Shown piece by piece: positions 52,210 through 64,000 of a stretch of 64,000 nucleotides of DNA. The DNA is from Octopus bimaculoides (Eukaryota): positions 17,434,149-17,498,148 of the forward strand of contig NC_068990.1 in assembly GCF_001194135.2 (NCBI RefSeq), given 5' to 3'. Position 1 is the first letter of the stretch, and each line of letters opens with the position of its first letter. The position numbers were made by a program, and so were the translations under genes. The notes under the pieces were generated by a model. That model was not told the origin of the DNA. It saw only the letters and a program-made list of their open reading frames with translations, and ran no database searches.

Positions 52210-53315
52210 TATATATATATATACCATGGGCTTGGCTTCCACCCAATTTCTGTGTACCAAATTCATTCACAAGGCATTGGTTGACCCAGAGCTGTTGTAG
52301 AAGACACTTGCCCAAGGTGCTACATACTAGGACTGAACCCAAAACTACATGATTAAGTTTCTTAACCACACAGCAAATCCTTGAAACAAAGAAGTTTATA
52401 TCATATAAACAGGGGTGGTCTAAGGTGGGTTGGCATCCAAAGGGCTAAAGAGATCCTCGATGGTTCATCAAAGCTAGTGTTTTCTCCTTGTGTGTTTTTT
52501 TTAAATTTTTTTTATTTACACTCTTGATTCACAGTAGCTTGTCATGTTGCAAATCTGAAGAGTTTTTACAGTGCCATAAGATACAGAAAAATTTCTAAAA
52601 GTAACCATACTGTTGAGTGAGAAATCAGCCATTTGGAAACTGACTTTTCAACACATTCATAATCTGCTTATAACATAATCACGACGTGAATACATACGGC
52701 ATAAACACAGAACGGAAACACACATCAGAGAGCAGAGACATAAAGCATGATGCCTAATTATGGCCTTTTTTATCTTTATTTATTTATCTATTTATTTATT
52801 ACAACCATATTTCTATTTAAGATATGGTAAAAGGAGGGAAACAAGACTAAGCTAAAACACTCAGCTGGTTAAACACAAACTAGTAATGTTTATTTGCACT
52901 TTATCCAAAGGTTAGTTATGAAATACAATATATATATATATATGTCTGTGTGTATATATATATATATATACACACATTAATATATGACATACAGTAATGA
53001 GGATGAATCATAGTTGTGGCTTTTTCACCTCAACACGTTTAGTTTGGAATAAGGTAAAGGAAAACTATGAATGAGATAAGACACCTTGCTCTGTGCATTC
53101 CTACAAAATGTGAGTTGGTAGATAAAAAATATATTGGTTAATGAATACCCTTCATAAAAACAAAACACATACACACGTGTATATATATATATAAATATAT
53201 TTGATAATTATATGTGTGTATATATATATAAATATATATATTTGATAATTATATGTGTGTGTGTATATATATATATACTGACAACTATATATATAGATAA
53301 ATATGTATATACTGA

Positions 53316-53391
<76 letters not shown>

Positions 53392-53961
53392 TATAAATAA
53401 ATATATATATATATATTAATAATTATATATATATATGTATATTAATAAATAGGTACAAATGCAGACATATATAAATAGGGACTATATTCCATATTTATCA
53501 TGCTCCTGTTGCAGTAGAGGGTGAAGAAATTATATTTCACAGCTGGGGCCCATGAAAGGAGCAAGGAATCTCTAAGATGAAACCAATCTGATGACCTCTA
53601 TCTTAACCTCTTCTTTATCTCTGCCATCCCAACCGATACCAGTTGCAAATTTTTCTTAGGGTGTCTCAAGGAAATCTGTGGACAGCTTACTGTTCCCTCA
53701 TTTTGGTGGGCTCTACCCCTTAGAGAGAGAGTAGGGTAAAGTAAAGCAAAGAGCTCTGGTTGGAAGCAACACCACCATCTGGTTATGTCAACAACATTGG
53801 GGTCTCTGATAATATAGTGTGATTTAGTTAAATCACTGACACTCCCTTCTTTTTCTCCTTGTCCCCACTACACACAAACACACACACCAGGGTCCAGTCA
53901 AAGGAACACAAGATTTGTTTTGTTACTCCTTAATGACAAGATCACAAGCTGTCAAACTCAC

Positions 53962-54064
53962 CAGTTGCTATTTTTTTTATCTCTGCTTGTTTTGGAGATA
54001 TTTTCTTTACATGTTTTTAAAATTCTTTTTTGCTTTTTTAAAGCTTCCCCACCCCTCATGTCTT
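53962..54064 (-). CDS. Candidate exon: DMRGGEALKKQKRILKTCKENISKTSRDKKNSN (lysine-rich)
   Basis: Acceptor ccttcacttttccag|, donor TG|gtgagt; 103 nt, single open frame, phase 1 to 2. Confidence 0.6.
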
Positions 54065-55636
54065 CTGGAAAAGTGAAGGCATGTGGTCTAGTGATTATGG
54101 TGTCACACTCATGATTGTAAGATCTTGGTTTCAATTCCCAGACCCTGGCAGTGTATTGTGTTCTTAAGCAAAACACTTCATTTTATGTTGTTCTGGTCTT
54201 TTCAACTGTAAATGAGTTCCAGCTATTTAATCTTTTTCTGACCATATTTCTATCAACTTTAATATTAAACTCCCTTTTTATTTTTTAAACTTTCATTTTA
54301 CTCATCATCATAATCTAATGCCCACTTTTCAAAGCTTGCATGGGTCAGGCGGGCACCATTCCTGCCACTAACCTTCACATGTTTCTTACCAAGGTAATAT
54401 TAGTTTCAAATTTTGGCACAAAGCCAGGATCTAGTTTTTTTCATTCGCAAAATATGCTTTTTGCAGAAGACAGCAAAAAGTCTGAAAATTGGCTATAAGT
54501 CTCATTGCTTTGAAGGTATGATGTTATGGAGAAAAAAATCAGAGGAAAAAGTTACAGAGGTTTAAAAATTAAAAAAACTGGGTATTTTTAGCCAATAGCG
54601 AGACAGAGATTTCACTGTTCTGTTGGTATTTTGTCTGACTAGATTACCTGCTTAGTTTGAAACCTGAAAAAGAAGATATCCCATACTTGAAAATGAGTAA
54701 GGGTTAGCAACAGGATGAGCATCCAGCTGTAAAACAGTGCTTCAGTAATATATTCACCTAACCCATGCAAGCAAGGAAAAACAGGTATAAAATGAATGAA
54801 TTTTTCATTTTATTATCTGTAGACCTGAAGTTAGGTGGCAGGCTGGCAGAATTATTGGCATGCAGGACAAAATACATAGCAGCATTTTGTCCATCTTTAC
54901 ATTCTGAGTTCAAATGCCACTCAGGTTGAATTTTGGAGGTCGATAAAATAAGTACCAGTTGAACACAGGGGTCAATGTAATTGACAAATCCCCTTCCCTG
55001 AAATTGCTGCCTTGTGCCCAAAATGTGAAACCATTGTTTGTAGACCTGAAGACAGCGAGTTGACAGAATCGGTTAGCACACCAGAGGAAACACTTAGTGG
55101 CATTCTGTCTGTCTTTACATTCTGAGTTTAGATTTCATCAAGGTCAGCTTTGCCTTTCGTCCTTTCAGGGTTGATAAAATAAGTACCAGTTACGCACTGG
55201 GGTCAATGTAATTGACTTATTCCCATCCCTAAAACTGCTGGCCTTGTACCAAAATTTAATACCATTATTTTGCAGACCTAAACAAAAAGAGCCTCTTCCC
55301 TTACGAAAAATCTCATTAAGTTATATTGACCAGACAGTTTTTCCTCGTTAGAAGGTTCTGATCCACCCAATGAGATATCATTTAACATTACAGGATACCA
55401 GAAGGTGTGTGGGGGGTGGGTGGGGAGAGGCTGTCATTGAGATTCCACATATATGAGAAACCATAGAACTTTCCACTCCCATACTCATCAGAATCACTTA
55501 ATTATTGGTGTGTGTGTGTGTGTGTGTATGTGTGAGAGTGAGTATGTAAGTGTGAGTGTGGATATTCCGATGCATGCACACATACATATACAGGTATAAT
55601 TTGGCCAAACTCAATTACAACTGGTGAAAATATTAT

Positions 55637-55681
<45 letters not shown>

Positions 55682-56611
55682 ACACACACACACACACACA
55701 CGCACGGGCACACACACACGCACGGGCACACACACACACACACAGATAGATAATTAGTTGAGACTGATGTGTTCAAAAGTAGCTAAGTAATGAATGTGTG
55801 TGTGTATGTGTGCGTATGCATGTGTGTGTGTGTGCATGTATTTGTGAGTCTGTGTGTGTGGGTGTTTACATTTTCTTTTTTTTTTGTGTAGGAGAGATGT
55901 TTTTTTCTGTATTTTGCTTTTGTAATCCCCACTCTACCGATTTGGCATCAAAACAAAAAGTTTCTTTCAATTACAACCCAACTTATTGATAGCTATAGTT
56001 TGCTTACAAACAGCAGTAACATCACCATCAAGAATAACAACATACGTAGGTGGATAGATGAATATGGGGGGGTATTTGTGTGGGTGAGAGGGTAGGAGCA
56101 TGCAAACAATTATCCAAAGCTTCAACTTTGAGAACCTAATTGAAAGAAAACAAACATGACAATGATTTTTAGATTTGGAGTTTGTTATGTTTCCCTCCCA
56201 CACATTACAGTAGGGAAAAGTAAATTAGACGTGAGTTGATGGCTGTTTATTGGTGTTTAAACCTGGGTTTGAGTCGACAATTAATCAGTGACAATCCAAT
56301 CACGCCCATCCCGCTTTTGTTCCTTTTTTTTTTTTTTTTTTTTTCAGAAATTCTGTTTGGAGCTATGTCATTCAATTTGTCCTTCCTATTTTGAAGATAA
56401 TAGAGGGTGTTATGAGGAACATTTGACTGCTATTTATAGCAGGCTATGCAAATAGAAAGGACATCCTTGTTAGCTTGACATAAGCAAGTTTCATTCCAAT
56501 GTAATACAGTCAATTAAAGGCAATAAAGGAATGAAAGAGGATTGGCCAAGTCACTTAATGCTGCTACCCTCAGTCTGCTTCACTGATGAGTCTTCCACTT
56601 GACACAGTTAG

Positions 56612-56810
56612 CCCTTTCATTATCAACCCAATTGAGACTCCCATTGGTACCAACTTATATACTTCCTATTTTAAAGTGATTTAAGTTAAAGTATCCCATC
56701 AAAATTTTGTCTTAATTTATGCTCCAAAACACCAGCTTAATAATGGTAAGGTTCTTTTATTAAATTCTTCATTATTTTCAAAGATTAACTGAAATAAAAA
56801 CAGTTTCAAC
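56612..56810. mobile_element. piggyBac-like non-autonomous element, family 2 (also about 26203-26340, 32505-32700, 32793-32930)
   Basis: Shared body tttaaagtgat..aaattaaaacc..catcaaaatttcatgttaatttatg..ccaaacaccagcttaataatg; several copies begin ttaa-ccctt. Confidence 0.55.
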
Positions 56811-57877
56811 ATCTGGTATTTTGGTGTCTTTATTCTTCAGTCTCTGAGAATAGCAGGCACCCCATCAGTTATGACAACAAGGGTTCCAGTTGATCTGATC
56901 AATGGAACAGTCAGCTTATGAAATAAACAAGTGAATGGCTGAGCACTCTACAGACACACGTACCTTTAACATAGTTCTCAGAGAGATTCAGTGTGACACA
57001 AAATGTGATAATGCTGGCTGTTGAATTACAAGTATAACTCGTTTTTTTCCACCTGAGTGAACTGGAGCAATGTAAAAATAAAGCATCTCGCTCAAGGTCA
57101 ATGTGCCACTGGGAATTGAATTCACAACCTTACAATCACAACTCGAATATCCTAACCACTAAGCCATGTGCCTTCACCATCTCTGAGGATTACCCAATAG
57201 CATGATGCACTATTTCCTAGTGCAAAGCTCATTGGTCATGGTTTCTGCTTCCCTTTCTGTTATCTGTCTTAGAAATCCTATCAAAAATATTCATGGGCAC
57301 TGCTCTTCCCCTTCTGACTAAGCACTAACAAAAAAATTAAATAAAATATAAATCAAACCCAATCAATATTCTATCACCTTGTCCTTCCAATCCTAGTTTT
57401 ACACCTTTCTGTTTTATAAATATTTCTTTCCCTCCTTGTTTCTGCCAACCTCTCCCAAGTAAACACATGCACACACCCTCCATGAAAGGAGTGTCACTTC
57501 TTAAATAAATGACATCAACATGAAACAGAAATGGTAAACATTGACACAAGCAATGCATTATCGATAGACTAAAATAGAATTGCTTCCAATAGATCTTTTG
57601 ACTCATGCAAATATTGGCTAAGAGGAAATACCTGTGCACATAAAAATAACAAAAAATAATGCCTTCCAAAATAATGAATTGTTCCTGCTAAAACTGATTA
57701 ACAATAACCAAAATTAGTCGTTAGCTGTGTGTATATTTGTTTTCAGTAGCTTAATGTATGCAGAGTGTGTTGAACATTAGAGACAGGTAAACCTGGATGT
57801 CATTCTATAACATATATGCTGTGTATCAAATAACAGTATATCATCACCATACTCGTTTTAATATCTGTGCATATGTA

Positions 57878-57940
<63 letters not shown>

Positions 57941-58060
57941 ATATATATATGTATGTATAGTCAATTCAAATATGAACAAGCAAGAAAAAACAATAACGCG
58001 AGGACGTGGAATAAGTACTGTGTTATTGGACACTCAGGAAAGGAAAGAAAAGAAAGAGGA

Positions 58061-58093
58061 TTTCACATTTCGAGCAGAGCTCTTCATCAGAAA
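58061..58093 (-). ncRNA. Minimal type I hammerhead ribozyme motif, probably inactivated, within an element at about 57960-58175
   Basis: Minus strand UUU-CUGAUGA-A-GAGC-UCU-GCUC-GAAA-UG-UG-AAA: canonical core, 4-bp stem II, UUU/AAA stem I; G at the cleavage position violates NUH. Confidence 0.6.
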
Positions 58094-58571
58094 TATAGAA
58101 AAAGTCCAAATAAGGGAAGACAGAGAAAGAAAATCGCAAACGATACACACGCAGTCACACACACACACACATATCTATATCTTTGAATAAATTTGAATAT
58201 CTTTGAATAAATTGATGTCTGTATGTAAATTTCTCTATTTTCTTCTTTTTCTTATTCATAAATACTTTAAATATTTATATATATCAATGCAAAACTAATA
58301 TATTTAGTTTTCACTGAACACTGGTATAAGCCAGGGAACTAGGATGCTGGCATCTCTTAAAGGATTATAGATCCTTGACACAATTATATATATGCTAGCA
58401 TGGAACACGGATGTTAAATGACAATGATAATAATGATTCATACACACGTCTGGATTTGCAAAGAAGAGAAATAAGCACTCAATACAAGGAAAATTAATTC
58501 ATTCATTTGATGGAAAAAAAGGCTTTAATGTTGCTACACAGATTTTCCCCATTTCCATTCTTTCCCGTTAC

Positions 58572-58696
58572 AGTGAAGAACAAAAAAATGGAGATAGAGT
58601 GAAGCCTCTTCTTTGAACAGGAGATTGTGTGGGGCTGGGAGGTCAGAAAATGGGAAACACAATGTTATATTTATAAGATAGTGTGAATATTCACAC
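58572..58696 (-). CDS. Possible exon: CEYSHYLINITLCFPFSDLPAPHNLLFKEEASLYLHFFVLH
   Basis: Acceptor tattttcataccag|, donor T|gtaacg; single open frame, but direct splicing to 54064 would create TAA, so it needs another exon or is false. Confidence 0.3.
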
Positions 58697-59890
58697 CTGG
58701 TATGAAAATAGACAGATGTGTGAAGTAGTACATAAACAGGTAAACATAGGTATATAAAGGCATAGAAAAATGTGTATAGTTTACACACACACACACACAC
58801 GCACACTCTCAAGCCATGTATGTATATCTGCATGTATGTTTTGTTTTTCTCTTTATAATTTAGAGTTAACTTTGACTGACCAGCTGCTTGGCAGAAAGGT
58901 TGTAAAAGAAAGCATCTTATTTTGTTCATTATGTTTCAAATCCTAAAGTCTTACAGATTTTTATTGTCCCAAGTATCACGGTCATTTGTAATGTATGAAT
59001 TAATCAAGGAGTTGTATTCTCTTCCCAGGAACTAGTTCAGCCATACTTTACTCCAGGCATGTTGATATGCTTTATATATTTGTATGTGTGTATGCATGTA
59101 TGCATATTTGTATGCACATGTGTGTATGTTTATATGTATGTATGTATGTACAAATGTATATATGTATATCCTGTAACTGGCCAGCATTATGTGAAATGTT
59201 TTTATCAATGTCTTCAATTTATACCCTTGGATGCTTTAAGTGGAGTTCTTTTAGCCAAGGCTCCAGTTTTCCCTCTCTATCTAAGTTATTCTTGTATCAT
59301 TGACCTTCAAAGGTTCAGGCTGGCCATCAGTCACAACAGTGTGAGACATTCTGCAAAGGTTAGAAGGTCAATGTCATTGCCACCCTCTTCCCTAGACTTT
59401 TTTTTTTTCAAATTTATAGGCACAGGCATGGCTGTGTGGTAAGAGGTTTGCAGCTATCCAAGGGGTCAATAAACACCTGAAACAATTTCCAGCATTAAGG
59501 GTGCTTAATTATTATCAATATATATGACAATTTTTGTTGTTGTTTATTAATCTCGTTAAGCTTTTACATTAAATATTTTTAAATATTTCTTATTAAAAAG
59601 CAGTAACGACAAAAAAGAATGAAGGAATTATTGTTTTTAAATTAAAAAAGTTTTTTATTAATTATACTTTTAAGAAATTTACATGATGAGAAGGTGTGTG
59701 GGTGTGCGGGGGGGGGGGGGGNNNNNNNNNNCTTTTAAGAAATTTACATGATGAGAAGGTGTGTGGGTGTGCGGGGGGGGGGGGGTGATAAGTTGTCAAT
59801 GACTCTGAAGGGGTCAATGATATAAGAAGTTTATCTAATGTGTTCAGCCTTGCTGAAGTAATTAGGACATAAATGGAGGGAGATTACTAT

Positions 59891-59942
<52 letters not shown>

Positions 59943-60721
59943 CCCTCATCATCATCAGCAGCAGCAGCAGCAGCAGTAGCATCACATGTGCATGGAGGAA
60001 GGGAGAAAAAGATGAGGTGCTCGCAACTGGAATGCCTTAGCTCTGCTCAATCATGGCTGACATATATCTAAGCAACAATGACAGCTGTCTCTTAACATTT
60101 GCAGAAACCAAAATGCTTTGCCTTTTCTCTATAAGGTCCCAACTATGTACAGCTGTTGTTTAACTTCAGGTCAGCCCCAAACAAGCAGACTGCAGACTTA
60201 TGGCTGACGGTGTTCCAATCTGGACCCTCATGCCCAGACCAACAATTGCCTGTCTTGTTTTTCTTTTAAGACAGCAGGACAGCAATTGATATCCAAGGTT
60301 GATGGGGTGACAGTTAAAAATTTGTTGAGGAGGCAGACTTTTAAGACACCTGTGTTACTATGGGAAAATTCGTTTTTAAATAAAAATGGTCCTAAGCAGC
60401 AAAAAGTTTGGGATGGGGGGAAAAACCATAGCAGTAGAGTATGATATAAAGAATTTTTAGCTGTTTTATTTTGGCAGGGGAGCTGCTGTTTCTAGTAGGT
60501 CAAGTGATCATATAGGGGCTCTCTTATTGACTTGACCTTAACTATTATACAGTCAAATGGCGCTTGAGAAGAATTAACTGACATTACTGCCAGGAATGTA
60601 ACAGAAATGGAAACCAAAGGCCCAGATATTTATACTGAACGGGGCAGAAAAGAAAAGCTATTCAAAAGTTAAGAGATATTTATAGTAAAAAAAAAAAAAC
60701 GAAAACTGATATAATCATGCA

Positions 60722-60793
60722 GATACCATGGTGGAATGGTTAGCATTCTAGATTTTGAATCCAGGAATCTGAGTTCAAACTTTGGTGAGACCT
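60722..60793 (+). pseudogene. tRNA-Gln(TTG) pseudogene
   Basis: 72 nt collinear with the metazoan tRNA-Gln consensus as I recall it (about 80% identity by eye); anticodon loop tttTTGaa; A and B boxes present; acceptor stem broken at 3 of 7 pairs; TTTTTT just downstream. Confidence 0.75.
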
Positions 60794-61029
60794 TAGTACT
60801 TTTTTAATAACAGTGACCCAACATGGCTACAGCCTCTGGCTGAAACCAATTCTAGAATAAATCCGCTATCAACAATCATCCAGGGGCATACCCATCGCTA
60901 AGGGGCCCACTGGATGGCACTGCCCCCTCACTATTCAATGGTGCACCCTCAGATTTATTCCACTTTGGCATTATTACAAATTAGTACTCACCCAAAATAT
61001 ATAGAAGCACCCCTAGGCACCAAAGTCTG

Positions 61030-61365
61030 GTGACGGGCCAGAGATTGAGCTGCGATACAGTAGCATCGTGTCAGCCAAGAACATTCGAACAAAGTTATTT
61101 AATCACGTCGGTTTATTTTACCGAACCGCTAAGTTACGGAGACGTAAACAAACCAACACCGGTTATCAAGTAGTGATGGGAGCAAACATAATACACACAC
61201 ACACACAACAGGCTTCCTCCAGTTTCTGTCTACCAAATTCATTCACAAGACTTTGGTCGGCCCGAGACTATAGTTGAAAACACTTGCCCAAGGTGCCACA
61301 CAGTGGGACTGAACCCGAGACCACATGGTTGGGAAACAAACTTCTGAACCACAGTCACGCCTACG
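61030..61365 (-). mobile_element. SINE family A copy retaining CpGs
   Basis: Head at 61208-61365, tail module at about 61060-61200. Confidence 0.8.
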
Positions 61366-61814
61366 TCTATATGTTGCTATTTCGATTGTATGAAAACTTA
61401 ACCTTTTCTACATAAAAGCCTAAAGCGCGAAAGTATACCAGATGTCATTGTCAAAAATGCGACATAAATTTATTAAACAAATGACCCAGTCTTCAGTGAA
61501 GCGACAGTGAAATTTTAATAAATAAATAAATAAATGTCACAATTTCTGCTCCATTTATAAACTTAGTATACTGTCATTTAAACATGTGACTTATTCTTTT
61601 TGATTTTATATTTTGAATAAAAAAAGCAAAGTTCAAATTTCTCCTCATAACAAACATTATAATGTTCAGTGGTACTCAAGTCTCTAATACAAACGAGATA
61701 GATAGATAGATAGATAGATAGATCAACAGACACATACATACACACCTCTCTATATCTATGTATGTATACATATTTATGTAAAACCAGAGTGGGGTGGAGT
61801 ATCGCGACGTGGCT

Positions 61815-61995
61815 ACACGATCTGCTAGAAATAACACCCTATGATTTTTTTAAAAAGTGGGGAAAGGGCACATTATATAATGTAGTCCTAGATACACTGC
61901 CTGGAAGAAAAATAATGACAAAATGATCACATATGTTATGTTTTTAATCATAGACCAGCTAGATCAAGGTTAAACGATGAGAACAACAACAATAA
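61815..61995 (+). repeat. Dispersed repeat family D with (AAC)n tail (also about 19240-19390, 22975-23085, 48555-48670, 60130-60270)
   Basis: Recurrent ctgctagaaata(g/a)cagccaaatctccctcaaat ... ggctaaacaacaacaac motif; class undetermined. Confidence 0.6.
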
Positions 61996-62731
61996 TCGGT
62001 ATTTTAGTGACTGGCCGGTGAGAAGTGATCTTAAAAGACAATGTACACGAGTCTATTCACTATCATGAATGTATACAGACTGTTTTTTAGTTGAATTAGA
62101 CAAACAATGAAGAAAATAACAACTAGCATTGTGGGCTGTTCTGACAGGTCAGGTATTTGTTTCTATGACCTAAAAATGTGGGTGTGTTTGAATGTTGAAT
62201 GAAAACCGGATGGTCGGCTACTGGGTGCTGCGAGGAGATAAGATTCAGAAGCTGGCTGTCAAACTGTTAAGTTATACAAATGATCTAAATATCAATTTAG
62301 AGGAGCGGGAAAGAGAGTGAATGTGTGTATAGGAAATTGTTAGTTCTTATTGAAGTCAACAAGTTATGAACAATGTTATGAATTCATTAAATAGATATTG
62401 TCTTATTGCAAATATTTATAAAGGTAATCCAAGAGAATAGAGTCGGAAATTATGTAGTGCACCAAAAACTATAATTTCTTCGGATTTGTGTTTTAAGCAT
62501 CGTAGATTACGAAGTCGGGGAAAAAGGAGAAGTGGATGAATTTTGATCCCCCTCTTAGCGAAAATTTTCACTTTTGACTTATTTTCGAAAACTTTTTCGG
62601 ACTTGTATTACGTATATTTTGAAGAATCATAAATCGTAGATGTTTAAAACATAAATCTGAGTAAAATCATCGATAAATAGTGAAAACTGAAAATTTGCGG
62701 GGAAATGAGAGGTACTCCTCATCCCGCATAC

Positions 62732-62765
62732 CTTTCTTCTTCTTGGAAAAGTATTGAATACTCAT
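62732..62765 (-). CDS. Possible first coding exon: MSIQYFSKKKK
   Basis: ATG in ataATGA context, donor AAG|gtatgc, inside the CpG-retaining region at the upstream end of the exon series. Confidence 0.35.
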
Positions 62766-64000
62766 TATTTCGTATCTCAAACCAAAACGTGTGCGCAATT
62801 AATGTATATTTTCTTAACAAACAGCGTATAATTTCGTCTCGTCAACCGAGAGTGAAACTAGAGGTTTTCATTTTGTTCTGTCCACAGAGAGATTATTAGC
62901 GTACAGCTGATAAAAACCTTGTGGATGAATTTGGTAGACGGAAACGGAAAGCTCGTTGTGTGTGTGTATGTGTGTGTGTTTGTGTGTGTGTGTGTAATGT
63001 ATGTATATGAGTGCATGTTTGTATCTGAGTGTCTGTTACATTTGCGTTTCTCCAAAAATAGTCGAGCTAGAAGCGAGACATTGTTAACAAACCGTCCGTT
63101 AGCTTTGCGACTTTGAAGACATGTGGAATAAGAGGGTGAGTGATGGTTAGCGACAAGAAGGGCATCCCACTGTAAAACAATGCCTAAAGTAATATCTTCG
63201 TCAAAGCCAAACTAGCATAGAAAAAAAGGTCATAAAAAGCCCCGTTTCTTTTACTGTCCAACAATTGAAAATATATGAGTATCAGAGACATTCACTCCAA
63301 ACCACGAGCCAACAAACGGCAACCAAATCTCCTTTATATATATATATATATATATATNNNNNNNNNNNNNNNNNNNNNNNNNNNNNNNNNNNNNNNNNNN
63401 NNNNNNNNNNNNNNNNNNNNNNNNNNNNNNNNNNNNNNNNNNNNNNNNNNNNNNNNNNNNNNNNNNNNNNNNNNNNNNNNNNNNNNNNNNNNNNNNNNNN
63501 NNNNNNNNNNNNNNNNNNNNNNNNNNNNNNNNNNNNNNNNNNNNNNNNNNNNNNNNNNNNNNNNNNNNNNNNNNNNNNNNNNNNNNNNNNNNNNNNNNNN
63601 NNNNNNNNNNNNNNNNNNNNNNNNNNNNNNNNNNNNNNNNNNNNNNNNNNNNNNNNNNNNNNNNNNNNNNNNNNNNNNNNNNNNNNNNNNNNNNNNNNNN
63701 NNNNNNNNNNNNNNNNNNNNNNNNNNNNNNNNNNNNNNNNNNNNNNNNNNNNNNNNNNNNNNNNNNNNNNNNNNNNNNNNNNNNNNNNNNNNNNNNNNNN
63801 NNNNNNNNNNNNNNNNNNNNNNNNNNNNNNNNNNNNNNNNNNNNNNNNNNNNNNNNNNNNNNNNNNNNNNNNNNNNNNNNNNNNNNNNNNNNNNNNNNNN
63901 NNNNNNNNNNNNNNNNNNNNNNNNNNNNNNNNNNNNNNNNNNNNNNNNNNNNNNNNNNNNNNNNNNNNNATATATATATATATATATAAAATACTAATTG

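Larger units (their letters stand above)
61000..63320. promoter_or_regulatory. CpG-retaining region, candidate promoter/5' end of the minus-strand gene
   Basis: Non-repeat sequence here visibly carries many CpGs (ccgg, tcgg, acga, gcga), unlike most of the window; DRE-like catcgata at 62668-62675. Not quantified. Confidence 0.4.

Noticed and set aside
54636-54690. Perfect-looking 16-nt micro-exon ttttcag|...|gtaatc on the minus strand
   Set aside because: Adjoins an old repeat end and has no supporting phase context.
56555-56605. ctgatgagtc-ttccactt-gac-acag (similar case on the minus strand at 10620-10650)
   Set aside because: Stem II is present but GAA is absent and the other stems are not supported; at most ruins, indistinguishable from chance.
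59667-59786. Exact 55-bp direct repeat on either side of a 10-N gap
   Set aside because: Typical unmerged contig overlap at a poly-G run; an assembly artefact.

Overview
AT-rich, repeat-saturated animal genomic DNA from a gapped short-read assembly (9 N-runs, most beside TA/CA microsatellites). The SINE and LINE families point to an octopod cephalopod, probably Octopus; this is an inference from repeat motifs, not a database result. There is no prokaryotic system and no CRISPR array, and nearly all ORFs in the supplied track are microsatellite or N-gap artefacts. (1) A large multi-exon protein-coding gene appears to run on the minus strand. I found 13 short candidate exons with AG/GT splice sites between about 62.8 kb and 6.7 kb, and five junctions between them are phase-compatible. 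Its identity is unproven; scattered collinear motifs suggest, weakly, a SHOC1/Zip2-like XPF-domain protein. (2) At least three tRNA-derived SINE families are present, plus many RTE-LINE 3' ends, including one young RTE fragment with an intact frame. (3) Fossil coding remnants of Helitron, Merlin and Tigger transposons, and several MITEs with visible TIRs/TSDs, are present. (4) A tRNA-Gln(TTG) pseudogene lies at 60.7 kb. (5) The most notable signal is a set of about 200-bp elements inserted in microsatellites that carry minimal hammerhead-ribozyme motifs of the Penelope-like type, two of them with a shared non-canonical core, together with a near-perfect 132-bp palindrome. Repeat boundaries are approximate; splice-site, TSD and palindrome coordinates were counted by hand.
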